A stretch of DNA of 64,000 nt, from IMG/VR virus record IMGVR_UViG_3300025254_000001; one strand, given 5' to 3'. Shown in pieces: positions 27,392 through 36,620 of the stretch. How positions within the stretch are numbered: the first letter of the stretch is position 1; each line of letters starts with the position of its first letter. The notes under the pieces were generated by a model, which saw only the letters and a program-made list of their open reading frames with translations, did no database searches and had not been told where the DNA came from. The DNA is from a virus. The translations under genes were made by a program, and so were the position numbers.

Positions 27392-28741
27392 ATGTCGATC
27401 ACCCTGCGGGGCAGCGGGACGACTGGCCCTAACAGCCACGCCACCAGCACGTCGATCTCGCTGCCCACCGGCGTCACGACCGGCGACGTCTCGTTCATCA
27501 TCTTCGTTCAGGCCAACAACAGCCCGCTGTCTGGAATGCAGACCCTCACGCCGCCGAGCGGCTGGACGGTCTTGCATAGCAGCGGCGGCGTGGCGGTGGT
27601 GTGGCGAGCCTTCCAGAGTGGGGACGCGACCACCGGGATTACCTGCTCGTCGACCGTCACCGATTGGTGGGAGTCGGCCTGCGTGGCCTACACCGGGCTG
27701 GATACCACCAACCCCATCGACGCCTTCAACTTCTCCAACCAGGTGTCGTTCCAGTCCACGTTCGGGGGCAACAACAACACGGTGGTGTGTCCGTCGATCA
27801 ATCCGAACTATGCGGGCAGCCTCCTGCTGTGCTTCATGGCGGGCGGTGGGTCTTCGAGCGGCACCTTGGCGATTCCGTCCGGGATGACCTCGCGGGCCTC
27901 CGTGGTCTCGGGTCCGATGTGCACGATTTCGGATCTGGCGTTGACCGATGGCACGCCGACCGGCGTCAAGACGGGGTCCACCACCACCAATACGGGGGCG
28001 CTGCACTTCGGGATGCAGGTGGCGCTCAAGGCCTCGGGGGCGGCGGGCACCACGTTGGCGGCGGCCGTGCCGGTGGTCTGTGGCCGGACGAACATCGAGT
28101 CCAACCTGGCCACTCAGACCATCCAGCTCGATTGGATGAACGTCCAGGACAAGGACCTGGTCGTCGTCTGGTACGTGAACGGCGACTCCTCGCACCCCAG
28201 CTACACCATGAGCCCGCCCGCGGGGTGGACCACCCACCTCGGGGCTGCTTCTGGTCAGCTGTTCAGCCGCCTCTGGTCGACCGGGGATTCGAAGACGCCG
28301 TCGTTCACGCAGACCGGCAGCGCGTACCAGAACTATTGCGCAGTGGTCATTCGAAAGACCGGCTCCAGCGCCAACGGTGTCGTGGTGGACCAGGTCTCGG
28401 CCAATGTGACCAGCGGTTCCTCCCCGCAGACCGGCACCACGCCGTCTTTGACGCCCGCTCAGACCCATGAGCTGTTGCTCGTCATGATCGGGGCGAATGT
28501 GACCAGCGCGATGACCTGGTCCTCTGTCACCGGCGGGTTGGACGTCATCGAAGACGTTGCGGTCAACGGCCCGGGATCTCGCTTTAGCTGGCTGCAGACG
28601 CCCGCCAGCCCTACGGGCTCCTTCAGCGCCACGGCCACCATCACGGGAACCATTCCGCTGTCGGCCGTCACGATGCTGGTCAAGATCGGATCGGCCGGCG
28701 GCGGCGCGGTCGTTCGTCCATCGGTCTTCGCCTGCACCTGA
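27392..28741 (+). CDS. Hypothetical virion protein with two-fold internal repeat (receptor-binding candidate)
   Basis: 449 aa. Two ~220-aa halves share PPSGWT/PPAGWT and flanking patterns. It follows the tail fibre directly. Confidence 0.45.
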   Translation: MSITLRGSGTTGPNSHATSTSISLPTGVTTGDVSFIIFVQANNSPLSGMQTLTPPSGWTVLHSSGGVAVVWRAFQSGDATTGITCSSTVTDWWESACVAYTGLDTTNPIDAFNFSNQVSFQSTFGGNNNTVVCPSINPNYAGSLLLCFMAGGGSSSGTLAIPSGMTSRASVVSGPMCTISDLALTDGTPTGVKTGSTTTNTGALHFGMQVALKASGAAGTTLAAAVPVVCGRTNIESNLATQTIQLDWMNVQDKDLVVVWYVNGDSSHPSYTMSPPAGWTTHLGAASGQLFSRLWSTGDSKTPSFTQTGSAYQNYCAVVIRKTGSSANGVVVDQVSANVTSGSSPQTGTTPSLTPAQTHELLLVMIGANVTSAMTWSSVTGGLDVIEDVAVNGPGSRFSWLQTPASPTGSFSATATITGTIPLSAVTMLVKIGSAGGGAVVRPSVFACT

Positions 28742-28802
28742 CGCGCGCGTTATCAAAACGCCGACGTAGCCCGTCCGTAGCCCCTGACTGCGCGGAGGCG
28801 CC

Positions 28803-29201
28803 ATGGCCACCATCATCACCACTCAAGACATCATCGGATGGACAGCTGTGGTCACCGCCACGGTCTCCACCGTTGGGGGCGTCGCGCTCTTGCGGCGCCG
28901 TTTGAGCCGGGATCGAACGGAGATGACCAAGGACCGCGCCGAGAGCGCGTTCATCACGCAGCTGCTCAAGGAACGCGACGCCGCGGTCACCCTCGCGCGC
29001 GACGCCTGGCGCGACCGCCAGACCGATGTCGAATCGATCGCGCGCCTGCAGGCCCAGAACGCCTACCAGCAGTCCGAGATCGAACGGCTCAAGTCCGAGT
29101 TCGGGTCCCTGAAGCGATTGATCGCGCGCCTCTATCCCGAGACGCGCGTGTTCCTGGAGTCGGACTTCCAACGGCTCCCGCCCGATGACGACAAACACTG
29201 A
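28803..29201 (+). CDS. Membrane-anchored coiled-coil protein (lysis-associated, i-spanin-like?)
   Basis: 132 aa with one N-terminal TM segment, then coiled coil. It precedes the holin-like gene and endolysin. Confidence 0.4.
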   Translation: MATIITTQDIIGWTAVVTATVSTVGGVALLRRRLSRDRTEMTKDRAESAFITQLLKERDAAVTLARDAWRDRQTDVESIARLQAQNAYQQSEIERLKSEFGSLKRLIARLYPETRVFLESDFQRLPPDDDKH

Positions 29202-29213
29202 CCGGAGGATGCC

Positions 29214-29705
29214 ATGCTGATGACACTACTTTCCATGGTCGGGGGCGGGATCTTCCGCCTGCTGCCCGAGCTGATCGCGCTGTTCAAGGGCAAGCAGGAC
29301 AACGACCATGAATACCGCATGACCCAGCTGCAGCTGGACATCGACAAGGCGCGCGCGAGCCAGCAGATCGACCTCGCGCATGCGCAGGCCGAGATCGCGG
29401 CCAACGCGGCCGACATGGCGGGGATGGTAGAGGCGCTCAAGGCGCAGGGCACGGCGACCGGAATTACCTGGGTCGACGCGCTCAGCTCCACAGTGCGGCC
29501 GGTGCTGACCTATTGGTGGTGCCTGGTGCTCTACACCGCGTCCAAGACGATCACGGTCATCGTCGCGTGGCAGGCCAAGACCAGCCTGGCCGACATGGCA
29601 CCGATCGTCGTCACGCAGTTCGACGAGGCCGTCATCGGCAGCATCTTCGCCTTCTGGTTCGTGGACCGCGCGCTGCGCAAGCAGAACACGCCGCCGAAGG
29701 CTTGA
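29214..29705 (+). CDS. Holin-like membrane protein
   Basis: 163 aa with hydrophobic N-terminal and C-terminal segments, directly upstream of the endolysin. Confidence 0.5.
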   Translation: MLMTLLSMVGGGIFRLLPELIALFKGKQDNDHEYRMTQLQLDIDKARASQQIDLAHAQAEIAANAADMAGMVEALKAQGTATGITWVDALSSTVRPVLTYWWCLVLYTASKTITVIVAWQAKTSLADMAPIVVTQFDEAVIGSIFAFWFVDRALRKQNTPPKA

Positions 29706-29709
29706 GGCG

Positions 29710-30159
29710 ATGACCGACGACCGCGCCGCCGCCGTCACCGAGCAGCTCGCCGAGCAGTTCGAGGGCTTCCGCGCGCGGCCGTACCTGTGCCCCGCCGGCG
29801 TGGCGACGATCGGCCTGGGCGCGACCAGCTACCTGGATGGCCGGCGCGTGACGATGAGCGATCCACCGATCAGCCGCGAGGCCGGCCAGCAGCTCATGCA
29901 TCGGCAGGTGACGCAGGTCTACCAGCCCGGCACGCGGGCGCTGTGCCCGCGCCTGTCGGGTGACCCACTCGGCGCGATCACCGACTTTGCATTCAATCTT
30001 GGCCTCACGCGCTTGAAAGGATCGACGCTGCGCCGAAGAGTGAATGCGGGCGACATGGCGGGCGCCGCGGTTGAGTTGATGAAGTGGATACGAGGTGGAG
30101 GCCGCGTGCTACCGGGCCTGGTGCTTCGTCGTCGAGCTGAAGCTGGTTTTCTGACCTGA
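29710..30159 (+). CDS. Endolysin, GH24 lysozyme-like
   Basis: 149 aa. EGFRARPYLCPAGVATIGLGAT motif is typical of T4/lambda-type lysozymes. Confidence 0.8.
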   Translation: MTDDRAAAVTEQLAEQFEGFRARPYLCPAGVATIGLGATSYLDGRRVTMSDPPISREAGQQLMHRQVTQVYQPGTRALCPRLSGDPLGAITDFAFNLGLTRLKGSTLRRRVNAGDMAGAAVELMKWIRGGGRVLPGLVLRRRAEAGFLT

Positions 30160-30168
30160 GAGAGTTGA

Positions 30169-30543
30169 ATGAACACGATGACGATTGATCGCCCGAACGT
30201 GTCGCCCGTCAAGGTTGCCGGCATCGTGCCGCTGGTGTCGGAGGCGGCGCTGCCGCTGGGCTATGTGCTGACCGTGCGACGTGCGACGTCGCGCGGGTAC
30301 GAGTTCATCGCCTGCCCCTGGGTGCGTGAGGCCGCGTGCGCCGAGGATCTTGTCGAGGAGATCCGGGCGGCGTGCGGCGGCTATTTCGCGAGCAGCCTGC
30401 CCGAGCAGAACTCGCACGGCCGGCGCACGTGGACCATCCAGCTCGAAGGCGGTCAGCGCGTGGTGCTGGGCGTGATGCCCTGCCTGCCTGCGCCGCAGAT
30501 GCAATTTCCGCGGCTGTTCACGGACTGGGCGCCGCTCGATTGA
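30169..30543 (+). CDS. Hypothetical protein
   Basis: 124-aa ORF between the endolysin and the GH5 gene. No lipobox or TM segment seen. Confidence 0.4.
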   Translation: MNTMTIDRPNVSPVKVAGIVPLVSEAALPLGYVLTVRRATSRGYEFIACPWVREAACAEDLVEEIRAACGGYFASSLPEQNSHGRRTWTIQLEGGQRVVLGVMPCLPAPQMQFPRLFTDWAPLD

Positions 30544-30552
30544 GGAGCAACC

Positions 30553-31563
30553 ATGAAGCGCGTTCTCTGCCTCTTGCTGTCGTTCCTGGTGCTGGGCGCG
30601 AGCGCCGCGCCATTCGCCACGCGCGACAACGTCCTGCTCGATCCGTCCGGCTCACCGTTCATCGTGCGTGGCTTCAACCGCACGCACTACGACAACTGGG
30701 GCACGCCGGCCGACGCGCAGCGCATCGGGGCGAACACGGTTCGCATCGTCTACAACTTCACGAAGCCGGAAGCCAGCAACCTCGCGCTGGCGCAGTCCTA
30801 CGTCGCCGCTGGCATCGTCCCCATTCCGGGCAACTGGACGGGCACCTGCAAGGCTGACCCGGCCATCCTCTCGGCGATCGTCGACACCTGGGTGGCGCAG
30901 GCCGCCACCTGGACGCAGCTGAACCACTCCGGCATGGTCAACATCGCCAATGAATGGGGACCGTCGTCCTGGGTGCAGCAGCTGGTCAAGCCATGGGCGC
31001 GCCTGCCCGTCTACACCTGGCGTGATGCCTACGTCGCCGCGGTGCCGCGGATGCGCGCCGCCGGCTACTTGGGAACGCTGGTGATCGATGCGCCCGCGTG
31101 CGGCCAGGACGCCAATGCGGTGGTCAGGGACGGGGCCGCCATCATTGCCGCCGACCCGCTGAAAAACATCCTGTTCGACCTGCACGTCTATGGTGGCTGG
31201 CACCTGGCCACGCCGACCACGCCGACCCTGTCGTGGCAGCAGGATTATGAGAAGGCGATGCTGGCGCTCAAGGCCAGCGGCCTGCCCATCATCCTGGGTG
31301 AGTTCGGGCCGGGCCGCGGCATCGGGCCGTCGCCGACCATGGTCTCGCCCACGAGGATCATCAGGGACGCCGAGGCCAATGGCTGGGGCTGGATGGCCTG
31401 GTCGGTCGACGACAACAACCTGGCGAACTGCACGGCCGACGACAACTGGTTTTCGATGACCCGCAAGTGCGGGACGTACAGCGGCGCCGCCAGCGACTTG
31501 ACCATCTTCGGCTCGCAGATCGTGCCGCTGCTGCAGGTGCTGGCCAAGCCCGCCAGCATGTAG
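30553..31563 (+). CDS. Secreted glycoside hydrolase family 5 (mannanase/cellulase-like)
   Basis: 336 aa. Signal peptide MKRVLCLLLSFLVLGASAAP. GH5 signatures NIANEWGP (acid/base Glu), HVYGGW and ILGEFGP (nucleophile Glu). Confidence 0.7.
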   Translation: MKRVLCLLLSFLVLGASAAPFATRDNVLLDPSGSPFIVRGFNRTHYDNWGTPADAQRIGANTVRIVYNFTKPEASNLALAQSYVAAGIVPIPGNWTGTCKADPAILSAIVDTWVAQAATWTQLNHSGMVNIANEWGPSSWVQQLVKPWARLPVYTWRDAYVAAVPRMRAAGYLGTLVIDAPACGQDANAVVRDGAAIIAADPLKNILFDLHVYGGWHLATPTTPTLSWQQDYEKAMLALKASGLPIILGEFGPGRGIGPSPTMVSPTRIIRDAEANGWGWMAWSVDDNNLANCTADDNWFSMTRKCGTYSGAASDLTIFGSQIVPLLQVLAKPASM

Positions 31564-31567
31564 GGGG

Positions 31568-31819
31568 CTAGTCCTCGCCGCGCGCGATCTGCCACACCGC
31601 GCGGCCACCGGTCGGCTCCATCTCATCCCAGGTCGCGCGATAGAAGCACTGGCCGGTGGCGGGCGTATCGAGGCGCTCGCCGACCGGCTGGACGTAGCCC
31701 TGCGCGCCCCATTGCCGGGGCTCGGTGACGACAAGGAAGCAGCCTGCGAAGGCCTTGGCCCGGACGTTCTCGGGGTCGAGCTGCATGATGTCGCCCGGTT
31801 CCAGGTCGGCCTTGTTCAT
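31568..31819 (-). CDS. Hypothetical protein
   Basis: 83 aa, last gene of the leftward accessory operon. ATG overlaps the upstream stop. Confidence 0.5.
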   Translation of the reverse strand: MNKADLEPGDIMQLDPENVRAKAFAGCFLVVTEPRQWGAQGYVQPVGERLDTPATGQCFYRATWDEMEPTGGRAVWQIARGED

Positions 31820-32472
31820 GCGAACTGCTGGTCAAGAGCGCGCCGCAGCTCGCGCTGCGCTTGCTCAAGGTGGTGCATGGCCTGGTAGCCCTCCTGCTTG
31901 GCCATGTCCAGCAGGATCGGCAGCCCGCCGGCGATGGACTCCTCGATCTCCTCGCGCGTCGCGCCGCGGCCCTCGGCGAACCACTGCATGGACTCGGCCG
32001 CGCCGATCCGAAAGACGACGCCGCCGTTCGAGCGGTGCGGGCGATAGGTCTTGGTGACCCACACCAGGCACACCCCGGGGTTGCGATCGATCATGACGCC
32101 GCCGGGCGCCTTCTTCTCCTCGGGCATCCCCGCCTCGCGCCGCCTCGCGTGCGGGCGCGACAGGAAGGGGCAGGCCGTCGCCGCGTACCGCGCGCACTCC
32201 AGGTGCGACGGGGGCTCGGCCGAGATCCGGTTGAGCGCGCACATGGGGCCAAGGACGAACGCCTTGAAGACGCCCAGCGCGCCGCCGCAGAGCCAGCAGC
32301 GCGATTCCTTAATGCACGCCTGTAGCGAGCGCGGCTCGACGATGCGGTGGTCGGGCTCGCCGTTGACGATCGCCACGAAGAACGGCACCGGGAAGCCGCG
32401 CTTGTCGATGGGTAGCCCGCGCATCTTCGGGGGCAGGGCGGGCAGGCCCGGCCGCAGCATAGGTTCGGTCAT
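31816..32472 (-). CDS. Hypothetical Cys-containing protein
   Basis: 218 aa. SD GGGAGAG upstream of ATG 32472. CWLCGG...HLECARYAATACPFL motif. Confidence 0.55.
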   Translation of the reverse strand: MTEPMLRPGLPALPPKMRGLPIDKRGFPVPFFVAIVNGEPDHRIVEPRSLQACIKESRCWLCGGALGVFKAFVLGPMCALNRISAEPPSHLECARYAATACPFLSRPHARRREAGMPEEKKAPGGVMIDRNPGVCLVWVTKTYRPHRSNGGVVFRIGAAESMQWFAEGRGATREEIEESIAGGLPILLDMAKQEGYQAMHHLEQAQRELRRALDQQFA

Positions 32473-32500
32473 GGACGTCTCTCCCGTGTCCTGGTGGTGG

Positions 32501-32830
32501 TCAGCGGTGCTCGTTCCAGTACCACATCGCTTCAAGCGCCGCCTGGCGCCGAGTCAGCTCTGGCGGGTCCGGCGGTAGCGTGCCGCCGCAGCATTGGCAT
32601 TGGCCGCGCAGATGGTTGAGGCCGCCGATGACCGTCCGCAGGTGGCATTCGTAGTGCAGCGGGCGCTCGCGCGTCACCGGCGGATCAATGCTCACGTGCG
32701 GCACCAGCAGGCCACCCTCTCCCCAGAGGATCGGCTCGCCGCATCGGTCGCAGTCCTGCCCCACTGGTGTGGGCACGTGCGGCATGTCGGACTCGTAGGG
32801 CGCACCGTAGGCCGGACCAAACCATCTCAT
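32501..32830 (-). CDS. Hypothetical zinc-ribbon-like protein
   Basis: 109 aa. SD AGGAGA. CDRCGEP...CQCCGG cysteine pairs. 4-nt overlap with the upstream stop. Confidence 0.55.
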   Translation of the reverse strand: MRWFGPAYGAPYESDMPHVPTPVGQDCDRCGEPILWGEGGLLVPHVSIDPPVTRERPLHYECHLRTVIGGLNHLRGQCQCCGGTLPPDPPELTRRQAALEAMWYWNEHR

Positions 32831-33129
32831 GGCGAATCTCCTGGAGGTGAGGGCTGTTCGAGGCGGGCGATCCGGGCGCGAAGCTCGGCATCCTGCGCTC
32901 GCCATTTGACCCAGCGGGTTTCGGCGATGTAGATCATCACCACCATCATCGTTCCCGTGAACGCGGCGCTGACCCAACGATCTTGGGCCAGGTTCAAGGT
33001 GGTCGAGATCAGCAGCAGGAGGGCGGACGCGCGCTGCAGCCAGGCGGCCTTGTGCATGCGCTTGTGCGTCACGTCCATTTCCCGAAGCATCTGCGCCGGC
33101 GTTGGCGGTTTCGGCGCCTCGTCGCTCAT
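32827..33129 (-). CDS. Small membrane protein
   Basis: 100 aa with two hydrophobic segments. Overlaps the upstream stop. Confidence 0.5.
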   Translation of the reverse strand: MSDEAPKPPTPAQMLREMDVTHKRMHKAAWLQRASALLLLISTTLNLAQDRWVSAAFTGTMMVVMIYIAETRWVKWRAQDAELRARIARLEQPSPPGDSP

Positions 33130-33518
33130 TGCTTGTGCTCGCGCTTGAGCCCGGTGTGCGTGGCGCCGGTGGCCTCGTCGAATCGCTTCGAGACGTCCAG
33201 CAGGTACATCGCGGCCGATCCGGTCATGACGGCCATTGCCGAGAGCGCACCGAGGGAGGACTCCTGATCCTGCCGCTGCGCCTGCGCGTCGCCGCCGTAG
33301 TCCGCCTTCTTGGACCGCAGGCGAATCACCTGGCCGTCCGGCAGGTCCTCCAGGAGTAGGTTCGACCAGGGCGCCTTCACGTGCAGGATCACCTCGGACT
33401 GCCCGTGCTGGCCGGCCAGCACGACGTGGCCGATCAGGTTGTGGCGCTTCATGACGTCGATGACCTCGGCGCGTGCGCGCAGCAGCTTCTCGCGCTCGTC
33501 TGCTTCCCGGATGTTCAT
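33126..33518 (-). CDS. Hypothetical protein
   Basis: 130 aa, translationally coupled in the operon. Confidence 0.5.
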   Translation of the reverse strand: MNIREADEREKLLRARAEVIDVMKRHNLIGHVVLAGQHGQSEVILHVKAPWSNLLLEDLPDGQVIRLRSKKADYGGDAQAQRQDQESSLGALSAMAVMTGSAAMYLLDVSKRFDEATGATHTGLKREHKQ

Positions 33519-33781
33519 GCGTCGGTTCCCTTCGTGGTTGTCGGATCGGTGTTCTCGCTGCCTAGGTCGACCTTGAAGAGATGGCGCGAGGGCACCATGA
33601 ATGGAGGCATCTCAGCCGCTAGCCGCTCGGCGTCGAGCTTGTTGTCAGGCGTGATCGTCAGCACGTATGCCTCGATCGGAATCCCGGCCGACGTGTATCC
33701 GACCCAGATGCGCACCGGCACCTTGACGCCGTTGATGGGCGCGTCGTACAGCTCGGGCGTGGGTTCGAGTGTGATGTTCAT
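33515..33781 (-). CDS. Hypothetical protein
   Basis: 88 aa, coupled in the operon. Confidence 0.5.
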   Translation of the reverse strand: MNITLEPTPELYDAPINGVKVPVRIWVGYTSAGIPIEAYVLTITPDNKLDAERLAAEMPPFMVPSRHLFKVDLGSENTDPTTTKGTDA

Positions 33782-33785
33782 GGTT

Positions 33786-34049
33786 TCAGGCGCTCTTGTC
33801 TCTGGTCAGCAGCTCCCAGTCCGATTCACCGGGCTTCGGCGGAACCAGCAGGGCGACGTCGGGGTTGGCCGCCATCATCGCGGCGGCAGTGGCGGCCATT
33901 TCGTCCATGAATGCGCGCAGCGCTTCGACCGTCGGATACTTCGCCACAAGCGCGGACAGGATCGCGTCACGCGGCACGTAGGGGCCAACGGTGCGGCTAT
34001 TGGCCAGCATGTCGGCGACCTCATCGAAATAGGGGTCGGGGCTGTTCAC
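33786..34049 (-). CDS. Hypothetical protein
   Basis: 87 aa, coupled in the operon. Confidence 0.5.
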   Translation of the reverse strand: MNSPDPYFDEVADMLANSRTVGPYVPRDAILSALVAKYPTVEALRAFMDEMAATAAAMMAANPDVALLVPPKPGESDWELLTRDKSA

Positions 34050-34273
34050 GCGTAGATCCTCTTGAAGTTGGCCCCGCGCAGGTATTTCTTCGCGGTGGCG
34101 TCGTAGACGGCATTGCCTGGGGCCCGTTGCAGGTAGTCCTGAATGTCTCGCGACGCCTGGGGCATTGAGATCCCGAAGTAGTCCACCAGCGCGCCGCGGT
34201 TGAGCGTGCCGTACTCGTGCAGCAGGAAGTCGATCATCCGCTGGCGCTGCTCCTGGGCGTAGGTCATCGTCAT
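34046..34273 (-). CDS. Small winged-HTH-like DNA-binding protein
   Basis: 75 aa. GALVDYFGISMPQASRDIQDY resembles a DeoR/HTH_11-type helix-turn-helix. Confidence 0.5.
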   Translation of the reverse strand: MTMTYAQEQRQRMIDFLLHEYGTLNRGALVDYFGISMPQASRDIQDYLQRAPGNAVYDATAKKYLRGANFKRIYA

Positions 34274-34635
34274 GTGCTGCTCGCGATCCGTTCGAGTTCG
34301 GCCTTGACCTGCTCGCGCACGATGGCGGCCTCGGCGCGCGCGATGGCGAGGATGAACTTGTGGCCGGCCTCGGCCTGCTCCCACGTGGTGTAGCGCTGCA
34401 TCATGCCGTCGAGTGGCCCATGGAACACGAGGGTCTCGAACCAGAGCGGCGGCCCGCCCCGCCAATGCTGGTGATTGAGGCCGAGAAACACCGTGCTCAC
34501 GCGCATGCCGCCCTCGTCGTCGTCGCCCACGTGCCGCTCGTTCAGGCTGCTGGTCGCTTCGAGCCAGCGCGCCCAGGTCATGAGGTTGCACTCTTTGACC
34601 TGGTGCCCGACGAGGATCGCGTGCCGGGGCTTCAC
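34270..34635 (-). CDS. Hypothetical protein
   Basis: GTG 34635 gives a GTGA overlap with the upstream stop. Alternative start at ATG 34581. Confidence 0.45.
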   Translation of the reverse strand: MKPRHAILVGHQVKECNLMTWARWLEATSSLNERHVGDDDEGGMRVSTVFLGLNHQHWRGGPPLWFETLVFHGPLDGMMQRYTTWEQAEAGHKFILAIARAEAAIVREQVKAELERIASST

Positions 34636-34868
34636 GGCCGCACGCCTGCTGACCCGCGCGCCGCCACGGCGCGCCGCACCGATCCGCGAAGGTGGCTCTC
34701 GAAGGGCGACGCCGGCGCCGAGTCGATGAGCCCGAGCACTTCCGACACCTGCACGCAGCTGTCGCACAGCTCGCACTTCAGCGCCGCCGCGTCGTTGGCG
34801 AACGTGCCACTGGCGTCGATGGTCTTTTGCATTTCGGCGAGATAGGCCCGCACCATGAAGTTGTCCAT
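34632..34868 (-). CDS. Hypothetical protein
   Basis: 78 aa from ATG 34868. Confidence 0.4.
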   Translation of the reverse strand: MDNFMVRAYLAEMQKTIDASGTFANDAAALKCELCDSCVQVSEVLGLIDSAPASPFESHLRGSVRRAVAARGSAGVRP

Positions 34869-34870
34869 GG

Positions 34871-35122
34871 TCAGGCCACCCATTGCTCGCGCGTGAGCGG
34901 GCCGATGAACAGGCATGCTGGAGAGAACCCGGTCGGGTCTAGGGCTCGATCGAGATCCAGGCTGGGCACATGCACGCAGTACACCTTGCCGTCGAACGAC
35001 CGCAGCGGAACTTCCTCCAGTGGATGCTGGGGATCGAACGCGATGTAGTAGCCCGGCCAGGCGAGTACCTGATCGATGGGCACCGTGTGTTGAGCCGGGA
35101 ACCGGCTAGACGCGACCAGCAT
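34871..35122 (-). CDS. Hypothetical protein
   Basis: 83-aa ORF in the operon series. Confidence 0.45.
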   Translation of the reverse strand: MLVASSRFPAQHTVPIDQVLAWPGYYIAFDPQHPLEEVPLRSFDGKVYCVHVPSLDLDRALDPTGFSPACLFIGPLTREQWVA

Positions 35123-35133
35123 GGGCGCTCCCT

Positions 35134-35370
35134 TCAGTGCGTCTCGTCCGTGGACGGCAGCGGCATCGCCGGCGGCAGCGGCGCGCCGTTGGCCACGGTC
35201 AGCTCGCGGTGGATGTCAGCCAGCGTCGGGCCGTACATGAGCATGACGCGGTCGCTGCCGCCCATGGGGCCGAGGTCGACGAAGATCGGCTTGCCGGCCG
35301 TCAGGCGCCGCACGTTCTCGGCGTCGATCCCCAGCACAAACGATCCGTTGCTCAGGCGTGCTCGCAGCAT
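35134..35370 (-). CDS. Hypothetical protein
   Basis: 78-aa ORF in the operon series. Confidence 0.45.
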   Translation of the reverse strand: MLRARLSNGSFVLGIDAENVRRLTAGKPIFVDLGPMGGSDRVMLMYGPTLADIHRELTVANGAPLPPAMPLPSTDETH

Positions 35371-35385
35371 GTTGTCTCCTGGTTC

Positions 35386-35634
35386 TCAGTGGCGTGATGG
35401 TGCAGGTTCAGCGGCCTCGCGCAGCACGGCGTCGAGCTTGTCGCGAAGATAGGTGAGGTAGCCGGCGTCCAGGCTGCCGCAGCGCACGAGGTCGGCCACG
35501 GCGTGCTGTTGTTCGTCACGGGACAGGCCGCCGGCGGCGTGGCCGAGGGCCAGCAGCAGGTCGGCCAACTCCCGCCTGGCCTCGCGCAGGTCGATCTCGG
35601 GCAGCGCCGCTGTCGATTCGACGATCTTGGTCAC
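35386..35634 (-). CDS. Hypothetical protein
   Basis: 82 aa from GTG 35634, with a GTGA overlap with the upstream stop. Confidence 0.4.
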   Translation of the reverse strand: MTKIVESTAALPEIDLREARRELADLLLALGHAAGGLSRDEQQHAVADLVRCGSLDAGYLTYLRDKLDAVLREAAEPAPSRH

Positions 35635-35873
35635 AGCCAGGTCTCCACGATGTGCGGCTCGTCGCCGGGCGACCTGGGAAGGCAGGAAAGCCCTCGGCGG
35701 TAGAACTCGGATCGCACGGCGTCGAGCGTGGACGCCGTGATGACGTCCGGGGTCGCGCGCGGGCCGTCCGGGTGAACCTCCCAGCGGCGCGCGACGATTG
35801 AATCGGGCATGTCGAGCGGGCGGTCGTACACCGTCCACATCGACAGCAGTTGCGTTCGGTCGATCACACCCAT
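35631..35873 (-). CDS. Hypothetical protein
   Basis: 80 aa. SD TGGAG upstream of ATG 35873. Confidence 0.5.
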   Translation of the reverse strand: MGVIDRTQLLSMWTVYDRPLDMPDSIVARRWEVHPDGPRATPDVITASTLDAVRSEFYRRGLSCLPRSPGDEPHIVETWL

Positions 35874-36100
35874 ACGAACTCCAGGCGCACCCAGTTGACC
35901 GCGCTCGGGTCCATCAGCGCGCGCGCATGCGCCATGGCCAGGTCGCGACACTTCTCGAATATGGCCGGCCCGGAGAGGTCGGTGCGATCTGCCTCGCGGT
36001 CCTGCGATCCGTAGTCGATTTGCAGCGTGTATTCGGGCATCGGCTCATCAGGGATGAGCCCTGCAGTCACGGTGAAAAATGCTCTGGCGGTGGCTGGCAT
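35864..36100 (-). CDS. Hypothetical protein
   Basis: 78-aa ORF. Confidence 0.45.
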   Translation of the reverse strand: MPATARAFFTVTAGLIPDEPMPEYTLQIDYGSQDREADRTDLSGPAIFEKCRDLAMAHARALMDPSAVNWVRLEFVWV

Positions 36101-36115
36101 TTCTTGTTCCTCTTC

Positions 36116-36382
36116 TTATTGCTTCTGGCGCAGCTCGATGATCGCCGGCAGGTTGGCGACGAGATCGCGATACACGCCGTCGTCGTCCTGCAGCAGCGGC
36201 ATCGAGCCGGCGAACATGCCGCCGCCCTCGACGTGCAGGGCGCCGTCAAAGCCCAGCACCAGGCTGCGGCCGTTGGTCGAGGCGAGCATCACCATCGCGT
36301 CGATCGTCTGGCCGCAGTAGGTCAGGCGCACGAACTGACCGCGGATGAGCTTAGAAGGGGCAGTCACAGGCAGGGCATCCAT
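36116..36382 (-). CDS. Hypothetical protein
   Basis: 88 aa from ATG 36382. Overlaps the upstream gene by 32 nt. Confidence 0.4.
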   Translation of the reverse strand: MDALPVTAPSKLIRGQFVRLTYCGQTIDAMVMLASTNGRSLVLGFDGALHVEGGGMFAGSMPLLQDDDGVYRDLVANLPAIIELRQKQ

Positions 36383-36620
36383 CGTGGTGGAAGTGAAGGG
36401 GCTCGCCGTGCGGGCAGCAGATGGAGCCGCAGACCGCGCATTCGTCGGTTTCGCACTGAGCGAGCAACGCGTCAACCACGTCGGCGGGCTGCTTCGCCTC
36501 GACCGCGACCTGAATGGCCGCGTGCAGCGCGCACGTCCCCACCGGCGGCATGCGCGAGCCGATCAGGAATTCCGCGATCAGGTCGGCCCCGCTCGGGCGG
36601 TGGTTCGGCGAGTCGTTCAT
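36351..36620 (-). CDS. Cys/His-rich small protein
   Basis: 89 aa. CAVCGSICCPHGEPLHFHHDGCPACDC cluster. Confidence 0.5.
   Translation of the reverse strand: MNDSPNHRPSGADLIAEFLIGSRMPPVGTCALHAAIQVAVEAKQPADVVDALLAQCETDECAVCGSICCPHGEPLHFHHDGCPACDCPF

Noticed and set aside
2060-28822. Very long antisense ORFs opposite the structural genes (2060-4144, 4114-6867, 17378-20818, 22650-25940 and 25895-28822, all on the minus strand).
   Set aside because: They are typical shadow ORFs of high-GC DNA. The translations are Arg/Gly/Ala/Pro-rich and low in complexity, while the + strand partners have recognisable phage-protein sequences.
28803-30543. Searched the lysis region for an Rz/Rz1-type spanin pair, including an embedded lipoprotein ORF.
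   Set aside because: No lipobox-containing ORF was found in any frame. Only a membrane-anchored coiled-coil protein (28803-29201) resembles an i-spanin, so no spanin pair is called.
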